A stretch of 64,000 bases of DNA, from assembly GCF_009914755.1 (NCBI RefSeq), contig NC_060929.1. One strand, 5' to 3'. The position numbers and the translations under genes are program-made. How positions within the stretch are numbered: the first letter of the stretch is position 1; each line of letters opens with the position of its first letter. Shown here piece by piece: positions 12,512 to 26,170 of the stretch. Under the pieces are notes generated by a model. The model worked only from the letters and a program-made list of their open reading frames with translations, made no database searches and was not told where the DNA came from. Source of the stretch: the human T2T-CHM13v2.0 reference genome, Homo sapiens.

Positions 12512-15500
12512 AAAATCTAACTACTGAGGATCAAAATAAAATAAGAGGTCTGGGACTGGACAAAAGTATCTAGGTAACAACCAGGTAATAAAAGTCCAAA
12601 AGAGAGTAAACCTCTTAAGAATGAAAAATTTGTGACCATTGCCTCAAGAGATCCGTTTAGAAAGTTAATGCTTATAATTTAAAAATAGAGAAACACTAGT
12701 TTTTTTAATATTAAGATGACATTTTACCTATGATGTTATGAAAGTACTTATCTATCTTTTCAAGAATGATCTAGTCCAGATCCTTTGTTATTAACCATAT
12801 CTTTGCTATTTTAATTTAATTTTTATTATAGAAATATTTGATGAATGACTATTTCAATGGTAACAAAATTGGTATTTTAAAACAGAAAAAGCAATTAAAA
12901 AATATATTTGTTATTGATTTATAAGTCATCAAATTAACATTGTAGCCATAAGAATACATATTTATAGAGTGATTTTTTTCTCCCTCAGAGATCACCTACA
13001 TCCTGATACTTGTCCCAGCACCTACCAGAGCCTGACACTTCATGATAGTCAATAAGTGTTTGCAAAGTAAACCCCCAAAATATTAGTTTTCAGAAGTATG
13101 ATCTGCAGGCAATGATTTTAAGTATCAAACCTAGTGTAGTCATAGACTGCTACATAATAAACCAAATGGAAATGCTAAGAGAAGATTATATCATAATATA
13201 CTATAGAATAACCCTGCTGAACTTCTACAAGAAAATTTTATTCTAAACATGGGTGAAGAAAGAAAAAAGTACTTCAAATATTGTTCCAAATGGTTAACAG
13301 AACAGAGAGGAACCCCCTTCCCAACCCCCACTAGGACATGTGTTTTTCTACCTCTAAGCACAGTTTAAGGATGTAACCCATTGATAGCATAACTTGCCTT
13401 ATTAATTGAAAGGGATGGAATCCACCAGATGTACCCAAACCAGCAGAGAGTTGGGTGACTAAGCAACAGCAAAGACACCATATTGAGTGAGCCAGAATCC
13501 AGTCTCCAAGTCATTTATTTCAGCCAGTGACAATACATTTAAACTCCTGTGCCTCAGCAGTGATTGATGGTTTAATATCATATATAATTTTTTTAATGAA
13601 GGAAAACCATTTAAATATGTTACCATTTGCACTGGTATTCTCCTATGTACATAACTGCATTTAATCATTATGGGGATTGTTTTTATACTTGTGTAATTTG
13701 TATCCAAGAAATAACTGTCAAAGTCATCTCATGCTGTTGCTGGAAATGGTACAGTGTGCTTCATACTTGAATAGATTCATTCTTCCTGTACATAATTAAG
13801 AGTATTGGAGCTTTCACTATTACCACATAGGAATTCCATGTTTACATTTCGGAGAATGAAAAATTAGCCACAATGTGCTTTTTCAGGTTCCCATTTTCTG
13901 AGGCTATGATATTTAAGCACCTTAGTTTTGTGCCAGTGTATGATTTGAAGAGTTTGATTTTAAGACTTTTAATATTAAAATACATAATAAAATTTTATTG
14001 TCTAATTACAAGAGGGTTTAGCCTCTTATTAAAGTTGCTAAATCAGGCCTAGATTAGCATTATAATGGCACAGTTTGACATGGAATACTCAAAAGTCAAG
14101 TTCGAGGGAGCAGAGGGTTTTTTTGTTGTTGTTTTTGGTGGGGAGGTTCCCCTACCCCCACCCCTCACACAAAATAACATGGATGAAATGCACGTATGGA
14201 AACAAACAAGGAGCAATTTGGAACGCTGAAGAAGGAGTGGAGGTGTCAGTCTAGGATGGTACCCTTAGGCAAGGCAGCTGGTATATGTAGCCTTTTGTTT
14301 ATCTGCTACTGGTTTATGTAGCCTTTAGGCCGGCACCAGAAACAATCACTCCTACAGGGTCAGCTGCTGGTCAGAAGCAAAGTAAGAAAAGATTTTGCGT
14401 CCAAACACAGCAGCCGTAATTTCTGTACAGCTGGCACCTGCTACTGGTGCACAGCATGAAGGTGAAAGGTCAAAGAGGCAGTTGTTCAAAACTCAAGAAT
14501 GGCTTAAAGGGACTTGTAGATTAATCTGCTTTATTAACTTCTGTATATTAGATAACTATTGCTGTGAATGACAGTACATCTTTTTGAATAAGTCACATCT
14601 CTTTCTCTTTTAAATTAGCTTTTGAGTAATGAATATTAAATAGAAAGCATTTCAGGGGTAATTAAATGAAAACAGAATGATGTCATTTTACAATTATATT
14701 TGTATGTTTATAGAATAGGGGAATTATAATGTTTTACAAGGAGCTAAAAGAAAAAAAGAAGCCAGCTCTTTGTGAAGAAGAATTTGGAATACATAAGCCA
14801 CGTATCCATTTGGCTTTGTCTTTAAACTAAAAAATATGATGTGGTTTGGAACTTAGTGTGAAGTCATTGGGTGCCAGTGGCCTGATTTGGTATTCTCAGG
14901 GGCTCCAAATGCTTTCCTTATAAATTAAAGGGGACTGTAATCTGTCATCTCTCTTTTATCTACAGTTTAGCTATTAGTCTGCAACAAATGTTCTCAGGAT
15001 AGCAAAGGAGTGGTAAAAAAATAAACAACAGCCATACCTTTTTGCTCACATTCATGTAAAGCAGATAGAGAATATTTCATAAGGGAAGAAAGGACAGCTA
15101 CACAGGGTTAGCCCAATAATAATTAGGCATGCTTTATAACAGTCACTCACAAGTATGGCAAATGGCAACCAAAATGGTTTTTAACCTCTTCATTAATAGT
15201 GGTTGGCATAATTGCTATTATTTTAAATCAAGAATAAAAAGAATTCACTAAATGTATCTTAAAAAAAAAAAAAAAAAAAAAAAACCTCTGCAAGGAAAAT
15301 TTCTAACCCATAGATTAAATACTAACCCCAACTCTGGGAAGCGTTTTAACAATATGTATTCAAAAGGAATTGCTTTTATCTGTTGACATTCAGTGATTTT
15401 TGGTTTGTCTTTTTTTTTTTTTCTTAAGAATTCTCAGAAAAAGAAGCACTGCAGAGAACATCTGTGTCTTTATGCTAACATAACACAGATAGCAGCATTT

Positions 15501-15973
15501 ATGTCTATTTCACACATAGAAGTTATTTAGGATTTCACTTGCACTCCCAAGTTTTGATACAAGTGCAGCCTTTCTACTCTTATTGTTTTTATGACATAAG
15601 AAAATGACACCTAGGATCGTCTCCCTGCATCACACGAAGCTAGCCTAAGACTTACCAGACAGATCCTAAATCTGTATGACTACCACAAAAAGGATGGCTA
15701 CCTTGGCCAGAAAATAATGATTCAGTAATGTTTTCTTACCATACTATTCCAAAGAACCTTCATACATCCTTCTTGAAGACCTAAGCATTTCCTTCATTCT
15801 GTAACAGAAGCCTTATTTCCTGCAGGGTTTCTGGGACATAAGATGTCGCTATAGAAGGAAAACCTCAGGCTCGAACAGAGAATTTTAATAAGAATGATTA
15901 TGATGAAAAAAAAAACCACTAGAATCAATTATATGCTAGGCTGTGTGCTAAGTGCCTTACGTATACATATATG

Positions 15974-15979
<6 letters not shown>

Positions 15980-16024
<45 letters not shown>
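15980..16024. repeat. (TA)n microsatellite
   Basis: Directly visible. Confidence 0.95.
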
Positions 16025-16028
<4 letters not shown>

Positions 16029-16426
16029 GTCTTACAGCTCTGTGAGGTAGGTATTTTATCTCCATTTTGTAATCAAAATATTGTAATTATAGCTCTGAGA
16101 AGTTAAAAAACTCACCCAGTATCATACAGCTAATAAGTAGCAGAACCTGTGCTCTTAACCACTGTACAGTACTATTAACTAACTGGCCTAGAAACAGGAT
16201 TGGCAGTGATGGAAGAGTGGCAGGAAGAGCCATACAGCATTCTTCAATCAAGAACTGAATTGAGTCTTCAGTCCTTGAGCCTAGGACTTCTTTCTTTTTT
16301 TTTTTTTTTTTTTTTTTTTTTGATTTTTTAGAACTGATTGGACAGGAGGTAGACATTTGACCCAAGCTGGCTCAGTTTGAGTCGTTCCTCCCTAGATTTA
16401 GAAACTGGCACTTAACAGATGCTGGT

Positions 16427-16860
16427 TGCCAGGCACAGTGGCTCATGCCTGTAATCTCAGCAATTTGAGAAGCTGAAGCTATTTAGGATTTCACTAAAAG
16501 CTGAAGCAGGAGGATTGCTTGAGGCCAAGGGTTCCTGACCAGCCTGGGCAACATAGCAAGACTCTGTCTCTACAAAAAAAATTAAATTGGCCGGGTGTGG
16601 TGGCTCACGCCTGTAATCTCAGCACTTTGGGAGGCCAAAGCGGGTGGATCATGAGGTCAGGAGTTCGAGACCAGCCAGACCAACATGGTGAAACCCCGTC
16701 TCTACTAAAAATATTCAAAAATTAGCTGGGTGTGATGGGGCATGCCTGTAATCCCAGCTACTTGGGAGGCTGAGGCAGGAGAATTGCTTGAACCCAGGAG
16801 GCAGAGGTTGCAGTGAGGCGCCATTGCACTCCAGCCTGAGACTCCATCTCAAAAAAAAAA
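16427..16860 (+). mobile_element. Alu left monomer (FLAM/J-like) with a full AluS nested in its A-tail
   Basis: Monomer 16427-16580, dimer 16589-16860; outer TSD agatgctggt at 16417-16426 and 16868-16877. Confidence 0.88.
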
Positions 16861-17625
16861 TTTATAAAGATGCTGGTCAGCCACTAGTCCTCACCTAAAT
16901 TGAAGACGTGAAAACTCAAGAGCCATGAGGCAGCCATTCCCTGCCATATGCTCAGAGAAATAGCCAGTCCTAGAGGAGAGAAAAAAGAAGCAGACATGCC
17001 GAGGATCTCAAATGAGAGGCCAAGCAGCCCCAGAGAAAGAAAAAGACTGAGAAATACCCTGCCAGCTGCCTTGTCCATGGTTCCAAGCCCTTGAGAGACT
17101 TAACTGCACTGCCTTGTCTGGGGGTGAAACTACCCCTTATAGACTTAAGTTTTATCAGAGACCACTCTTGACTCGGGAGAGTTGTGAGGACAAAATGAAC
17201 CAATGAGTATAGACTTACCTAACACAAAGAAAGTATTCGATAAACACGTAAAATTCGCCTTCACTTTGAAAAACGATATGCAGGTACCACTTTTTTGTGT
17301 CCTTGAGGGGAAAATATCCCTGCTATTTATACTATAAATGTGAAAAATACCCTTTCAGGAGATTCCAAGCCCAAGACTTCTTTTCAAAGATAATTTGATT
17401 TTGAAGCCATATCACTGAGATCTTTCCTGGTCCCATCCCTGTGTTTTGCCTTTCTTAATGTTCTTTCTGTGATAAGCATTCTCAAAATCACACTCACTGG
17501 ACTGGGTGAGGGCATGGTGTGGTGTGAGTTTGAAATTCTTGGCCCCAAACTGACTTTTTTCTTACCTGTTCCTCCTGCATACTTCAGGCATTGCCTTGCA
17601 GTGGCCAAAATGAAATAAATCTAAT

Positions 17626-17970
17626 TTCTTAGTCCATTATGTGCTATTATAGCAGAATACCGTAGATTGAGTAATATGTAATGAACAGAAATGTATTTGC
17701 CTCACAGTCTTGGAGACTAGGAAACCCAACGTCAAGGGTCTGCATCTGGCAAGGGCCTTCTTGCTGTGTCATCTAATGGAGGTGGGTGGAAGGGCAAGAA
17801 AGAGCACCAGGAGGCCAAACTCAACCTTTTTATAAAGAACCAATCCCAGAATAATGGCATTAATCCAAGCATGAAGGCAGAGCCCTCATGCCTAATCACC
17901 TCTTAACGCTGTTGCATTGGGGATTAGTTTCTAACATATTCTTTTTGGGGGACACATTCAAACCATAGTA
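17626..17970 (-). mobile_element. MaLR solo LTR (MST/MLT1A-like)
   Basis: Reverse strand begins tactatggtttgaatgtgtccccc, the characteristic MaLR LTR start; typical internal text. Confidence 0.8.
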
Positions 17971-18605
17971 CCTCATAATTCTTCCCATTCATATAATGTC
18001 TTCATACCTAATGTCTCTGATTCTCACAATAACCCTAACAGGGAGATAAGGCCAACACGGATTTTTTTTTTCTAACTGAGGAGTCTAGGTACATCAACAA
18101 ATTTAATCCTGCAGTGACTGTATGAGAGACCTATGCAGAGATTCAGAGATGTGTGAAAGAACTTGCCCAAGTCACACAGCTAGGAAATAGTAGCATCTAG
18201 ATTATAATTAAGGCTTCTTATCACTAGATCTCACACAGTTTTTATAATACCACACTAAGTTTTCGCAGGGCCTTAACCTACTATTTCTCTGTGGCATTTC
18301 TTCTTACCTTTTCATCCCTGTCTAAGAGAGACAGCAGAGTAAATGAGAAGGTTTCCCCTGCCTTCATTTCTCTGCATGGAATTGTGAGTGGTGTGAGAAG
18401 CTCTTTGAATTTCTTCAAAGAATGGCACAGTATAAAGTAAGAGTGGGCTTAATAAATCACATGACTTATTTATTTTACAGTTATTACTGGTTTTTCACAT
18501 ACTTGCAGGTTAGATTATGTGATTCCCAAAGTGTAGTGTGCTGTAGTGTGCTGGAAATGTGAATCCAACCTTTACATTCATTTCTCTCTTAACTCATGGA
18601 AAGTT

Positions 18606-18925
<320 letters not shown>

Positions 18926-20394
18926 TTAACTCATGGAAAGTTTAACCAGCAGTAGCCACTGATGGAGCTGTGAGTTTATATAGTGTGTTGAGGAAGACTC
19001 CTTGTTTGTCTGTAATCTTATCACTATTTGAAGAACAAGGTAAAAAGAGGTTCCCTCATCCTCTGGCCTTTCATGAATTAATGCTGCCTCTTATGCTTTG
19101 CAACCTAGAAGAGTTCTTGCTTATTCTCTGTCCCTTGGCACGCTTAGAAGAATATAGACTGAGTGCTTTCAAATGACTGAAATTTCATCCTCCTTTCTAA
19201 GTTTTTAAATTGCAAATTCTCCATATTTGTTGGGACTTTCTATTTTACAGCAATCAGGGCAGACAGGTTTTACAGTCGGTATACCTGGTTTTGAATACCA
19301 GTTATACTATTTGCTAACTGTATGTCCTTGGAATAGTTACTCCACCTCTTGGAGGATAACACCACCTCACCCAAGGGAATTCTATAGCTTACCTGAACTG
19401 GCCTCCAGGATCAGATAACTGAACCACTCCCTCCTGTGGTGTCATTCCCAGACTTTAGTTAAGACTCACTGTCTTAGATTCTCTCCCAGTCCATCACTCC
19501 CTCAGCCTAGTCTGTAGTCTGGAACATTGGTACCATGGAAAAGGAGAACATTTGAGTATATGCTTCGTTGAGATCCTGTAAACAAAAAATGTCAAGTAAA
19601 CTCCCAAGAAAGACAGTGATGGAAAGTGCAAGGTCTGAAGAGAAATCTCTTAGGCACCAAGGCAACCTACCAGAAAGAAAACCCTAAAAAAGAGCTCAGT
19701 GTGCATGCCCATATTTAATGTGGCTTCTTATTTTACATGGGGCAAACAAGTTCCACTAAGGTCAGGGAACTAAAAGCATCAATTAGAGATAAGTGCATTT
19801 AGGGATCTCTCTGAACCCCTTAAGACTGGAAGGAAACAACTTGATGGGTGGGCAGTAGAAGATTAATAAATACTAAGGCTACATGAGCCCTGAAGGCCGC
19901 AGAGACCACACTTGATCCAATTCCGTACCAATGGTGCTTGACACACAGTAGGAGGTCAGAAATTCCTTGAGCAGTGAGTAAGTGTGAGAAATGAAGAGGG
20001 AGGGGAAAAGACAGAAGGAAAAGTCCCTAGCACAGTACCAGACACACTGTAGGTCCTCAATAAGTATGAAGTTACATGTGTGCACCTAGCACATAAAAAG
20101 AGCTAATAATAGAATATTATTGACTTGAAATATACACAGGTGAAAGAAACCTTGTAGATAACGAGAGGCATTCATAGTCCCTCCTGAGGCTTAGCCTGTT
20201 TTGGAGACTGCACCTTAAGGGCAGAAGTTCCACGCTAGGCCATTTAGTACACTTACCCCTCAAGAGAGTAAGCCCTCCCTCCCCAACTTCATCTTTTTCC
20301 TTGGCCCCTTGCATTGCAGAGAGCCTGAAAACAAATTGACAGAAATCTGGAGGAAAGAAACTCAAGTGATTTAGGAGAATGGAAGGGCTGGCTT

Positions 20395-20680
20395 ATCGGG
20401 GCAGATTAAAGAAGCTAAATATGTATAGCTTACCTAAGTGACAACTAAATGGGGCATTTGATAAGTCTATAAATACTTGGAAGTTGTAAATGCCAAGAAG
20501 GAAAGGGAATTACTTAGCATGGCACAATGGACTATTGGCATAATGGAATAATATTAAGAAAGGGAAAATGAAGGTTGAACATCAATAAAAAGCTTCCTGA
20601 CAAACAGAACTATTCCTGACAGGGTACACTATTAAGTTATGTGCTATAGGCCAAGGGAAGTAATGTCAGTGCCATTTCTC
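20395..20680 (+). mobile_element. L3/CR1 LINE fossil (ORF2 C-terminal region)
   Basis: Degenerate translation LKKLNMYSLPK*QLNG…VYKYLE…ELLS…GK*RLNINKSFLT resembles CR1 LKELGLFSLEKRRLRGDLIxVYKYLKG…FRLDIRKNFLT. Confidence 0.65.
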
Positions 20681-20732
20681 AGAGTACTGGCAACAGAGCC
20701 AGTAAGATAGGACCCAAGAAGTGTCCTCTTGA

Positions 20733-21119
<387 letters not shown>

Positions 21120-21369
21120 GAAAGCTGCATCTTCTTGGGAAAAATCAGATGGCCCAGACCTCCTAAAGGCTCAGACCCTGTGGAGAATGGTTAAACCAGC
21201 AGTTCACTACCACATCACTGCCAGAAAGATTTATTCAGCTTTAATGGCACCCCATTTCCTGCACACAAGATCTGCGCCCAACCTATGTAATCACCCTCAT
21301 CTGCCACCAGTACTCCCCATCCACCCTTTCCATTCCCACAGAACTGCTCCTCATTCCCCCAGACTCCTC

Positions 21370-21715
21370 TCCAAACCTTTGCACCTGCTTGCCCTTCTTC
21401 CTACCTGACTGTCAAACTTCTCTTATTCTCAACAACAGATCCAAATGTCACCTTCTCTATGAAGCCATCCCTGGCTGCTTCCAGCCCTAGGCAGGGTTAG
21501 CCTCCTCTGGTTTCTAAAAGCCCCTTGTGTAAGCTTCTGTTTATGGCCACTTAAACTGTATCTTCTGCCATTGTTTCTATACTGTGTATCTCCTCCCCTA
21601 CTCAACTGTAAGCTCTTTGAGGGCTGGGACTGTGACTTGTTCATCTGTATATTCCCAGGGTTTGACACAGAGCCTTGCCCAAATTAGGTGGTCAGTAAAT
21701 GTTTAAATGAGGAAT
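21370..21715 (+). mobile_element. L2 LINE 3' end
   Basis: aaatgtcaccttctctatgaagcc…ctgtaagctctttgagggc…cagtaaatgtttaaatga. Confidence 0.7.
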
Positions 21716-21998
21716 GAGGTTCTATTCCCAACGCTTTCAGTCACTAGCATTCCTTGGGCTATGTAATTATTAGGGAAAAAGAGCTTCCAAATCTCAGTAG
21801 CGTCTTTGAATCATCTCCCTGGCCTCTTGGCCAGCACTTTCTGTGCCATTAGATAACTATAAATAAAAACTCTCAAATCTGAAAATTCTGCATGGTTTAA
21901 ATATAAACTCTAATACTTAATGGAAAATATTTCTGAAGGGTCCCATGAATTGTCCACAAGAATAATTTTCCCCCATATGAAAAATGAAAACATTTTGG

Positions 21999-22050
21999 AT
22001 CCTTTCGTAGTTCATGAGCATGATGATTGGGTGTTCACGTGCATATGTGA
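21999..22050 (+). pseudogene. 3'-truncated U13 snoRNA (SNORD13) retrocopy
   Basis: atcctttcgtagttcatgagcatgatgattgggtgttcacgtgcatatgtga closely matches the 5' half of U13 as I recall it (ATCCTTTTGTAGTTCATGAGCGTGATGATTGGGTGTTCA…), box C present, box D half absent. Confidence 0.85.
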
Positions 22051-22639
22051 ACCCTAAGCAGTGTGCATATCCATGACAGAGATAACTATAAGCACATGTT
22101 TGTATTATTCAGTAATAAACTCTAACTGAGGCCATTCAAAAGAAAGAGACTGGGGAAACACTGTCTCTTACTCACAGCTCTTTCTCCGCATCTCTGTTTT
22201 TATGTCTGACTCTGTCTCTGAGAGTTTCTGTTTCTTGGTCTCTCTCACAGTCTCTTTCTTCTTGGTACATTACAATATTCATTGCACTCTCCTTTGATGA
22301 CTGCATGAGACGCCCTCGTGCCATTATGCTTATGCTGTTCTGTTGTGAAGTACGATAATAATTGGGAAATGTTTGGTGACTGTTTAGTAACGTGGAGTGC
22401 TGTTTCCCCGCTCCCTTCCTTGCTTTTGAATGGCCTCAGTTAGAGTTTACTTTCTCACTGAATATTTACTATAAACGTGTGCTTGTAGCCATCTCTGTGA
22501 TGCATATGCACGCTGCTTAGGGTTCCATTCATTGCCATAGCCACCTAAACAGCAGCCACCTCTACACTACCTGTAGCATTTCTGGAACAGTCTGGCATCC
22601 TTCTCTTCATTGGAAGTCTTGACTTTGAGGCCATGTTCT

Positions 22640-22963
22640 TTTTATTTCATTTTATTTTATTTTATTTTGTTTATTTATTTTGGAGACAGAGTTTCACTCA
22701 GTCACCCAGGCTGGAGTGCAGTGGCATGATCATGGCTCACTGCAGCCTTAGCCTCCAGGGGTCAAGCAATCCTCCCACCTCAGCCTCCTAAGTAGCTAGG
22801 ACTACAGGCACACACCACCACACCTGGCTAATTTTTGTATTTTTTTGTAAAGGTGGAGTTTCACCATGTTTCCCAGGCTGGTCTCGAACTCCTGAACTCA
22901 AGCAATCTGCCCACCTTGGCCTCCAAAGTGCTGGGATTACAGACGTGAGCCACGCGCCCAGCC
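22640..22963 (-). mobile_element. AluJ-type SINE
   Basis: (ATTTT)n tail, reversed dimer, TSD tgaggccatgttc. Confidence 0.9.
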
Positions 22964-25451
22964 TGAGGCCATGTTCCTAAAGCTCTGAATTTATCCACAG
23001 CTTCAGTATGTTTCTAAGGTTATGCTTCTTAGAAGTATTTCACTGGGAAGAAAATGGGGTATGCAGTCAAGGATTCTGGCCATTTCTGTCTGTCTCTGCT
23101 ACCCTACCCCTCAACTCCCCTCATTTTGAATTTCTTGCAGTATCTAAACTTCTTACCTTGCCTCTGGTACTTACCCGTAATTGCTGTTCTCCAGAACCTA
23201 ATCAGTATTGTTCTAAATGGCAGACCTCATCATGTCACCTTCTCCTGGAAAATTCTTTGAAGGCTACCCTTCATGTATTAGCCCAAACTCGTTTCTATAT
23301 TCAGCATGGCATAAAAGCCCTTTTATAGCCTGGACCAAGCCCAGTCTTCTACTCCTTGCCCCTTAAATCTACTCCCTGCCACTCAAAAGGTCTTTTTCAA
23401 AAACCTCCTGTGCATGGGCTGTTCGTTCCTCAAACATGCCAAGCTCTGTCTCCAGTGTCTTTTCTCATTTTATTTCCTCTTCCAAATATATACTTCTTCC
23501 CAGGTAATGCTATATGCATCTTTTAAGATTCAACTTAAAATCACCTATCCTATGAAGATAGGCTGGTCTTTTTAGATAGAATCAGAGCACATGTGCCTGT
23601 GTTAGTCTCTCTTAAGCTTGCACACATTGTTTGCTAGTTGGGGGACCCCCAGAGGCTGGTATAGGCCATTAGAGGTTCTAGAACCTATGTGGTAGTCATT
23701 CAGGAAGTACCATGAACCAAAAATAAGTGTCACTTGAATAAAAATTAGGGGAAAGTGGCTTTGGAGTTGAAAGTTGTTCCTCAAAAATACAGATCTTCCC
23801 TCATTCCTATCCAGAGGAAATTTAGATGGTATTTTTGACAAGTAATCCTTAATTTTTACATCAAATCGAAAAGTGTTCTGTTTGATATTGGCAAGAGTGA
23901 GAGTTTCCCAAATAGTGCTGAGTGGCAAACCCTGCAGCCTTCCAATGCCCCAGGTTTTCTGGTTTTATTTTAATGCAGCAAGCTGCTTTATGAGATCTGC
24001 AGCCACTTGAAATATGATTTACTACTCGTAAAAAGTTTCAAATGGATAATGAAGATTCAGGAATGAGACTCACAGTGGTGTAGTGTAGTCAATTTTGTTG
24101 CTGTTGCTCCACAGTACATCTCTGCCATTGAAATGAATTATTTATCATAATTTATTTCAACCATGGAAAATAAAACTGCTTTCATTGTGATGTGTGCAGT
24201 AACATTCAGAATAGACACATTACATGCAGTACTCTCAATTAATTAATCCTGAAGTTTCATTCTAACTTTATCTTCTTTCTTACAAGCTAGGAGACTGACA
24301 GGTAATTCTTTCCCCAGTAAACTGTGATTAAAATGGATGTTTTGAGAACTAGGGGTAATGTTGGTAATAGAGTAAATTGAAACAGCAAAACTAGGTTGTG
24401 TTTTTCCTTAGATGTAACAATGGTTGGAAGAGTTTCTTAATTTTTGAAGCAATTAATCACTTTGAGCAAAAGCATCCCTTAGCTTTCCGTAAGGAGGGGA
24501 TGGCAGAGTGGGGGATGCTTTTAGTTGAGATGTGGAAGCATGCAGTGCTAATATATGACCAAAACCAGCTGAGTTTCCTGGTCCTGAGGTGCTTTTGAGG
24601 TAAAAAGCTTCTTTTTTTAACAGCAAGACTAGCATTGTGCAAAGAACAAGTTGGCAGGGATCCCCAGTGATTCCAGGGGAGAGCAGGTCATCTGTAATTG
24701 ATTGCAGTCTTGTTTTTTTAAAAGAGAGGTGCACCTCATCCTGCATTTCATTTGACTTTTTTTTAATTTAAAATGCTAAATACTTTTATTATAAGGCTAC
24801 AAAAACACTATAAGCAGTTAGTAATGTTATTTTTATATATAGATAATTTTAAAATTTAATGTAACTTAGATGGTAGAACTTAGTTAATCCAGGCAGGAAA
24901 ATATAACTAATTATATGCTTATTTATCCATTATGTTCATTTTTCATAGCATTCCACTAATATCACATAGGCGAATAGCAGACAGAGAGAACAATTGATTT
25001 CTTTTCCCTAAAGATAACTATTATCTAATTTGAGCAGGATCACATTTCAATATCCGCTGTACACATGGCCTCAGGAACAGCATTTCAAAATGACAGAAAC
25101 CCCCTTACTTCCACAAACCCTGAAAATCTGGAAGCTTTTTCTCTTTCAGTAGCACTCAGATTTTGCCTAATCCTGGGTCTCCAACCAGGGCATGGGGCTT
25201 AGGTGAAATTGCTGTGGAGATGGGTAGGTTTCTCTGCTTTTTCAAATCCTACTCTACTGTAAGCAATCATGTTTTTTGTTTGTTTGTTTTTGTTTTATTG
25301 TTTTTGTTGGGGCCAGCCTTCCCCTTCTCTTTTACTGACCTTCTGAAAGGCCAATGACAAGTGCCAGAAAATTCCTGAGACTCAGAAGCAGCTCTTGAAA
25401 CTTAGATGCATTTATTATTGGTTGTTCCTCAAAACATGACCAACTTACTGA

Positions 25452-25862
<411 letters not shown>

Positions 25863-26054
25863 TTATCCTATTCTATGGTGCATACCCTATTGGGCACAGC
25901 TCTGATCATCCTTTTTTTTTTTTGTCCTCTGCCCTCCCCAGTCCACACCCCCTATCCAGGTCCAGATACAGGGATGCTTTGTCATTGGTCTCTCACCTTT
26001 TCTTTGGTCTGTCTTTTTGGTCTGTCCTTCCTTCGCCTAAACCAGAGCCTTCTT

Positions 26055-26170
26055 TTTTGTTGTTGCTGTTGTTTTTTGTTTTTTGAGATGGAGTCTCACT
26101 CTGTCACGCAGACTGGAGTACAGTGGCATGATCTCAGCTCACTGCAACCTCCACCTCCTGGGTTCAGCCA
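26055..26170 (-). mobile_element. Alu right-arm fragment
   Basis: ttttgagatggagtctcactctgtc…ctcactgcaacctccacctcctgggttca. Confidence 0.8.

Noticed and set aside
16427-16877. Apparent trimeric Alu under a single TSD
   Set aside because: More simply explained as an AluS inserted into the A-tail of an older monomer
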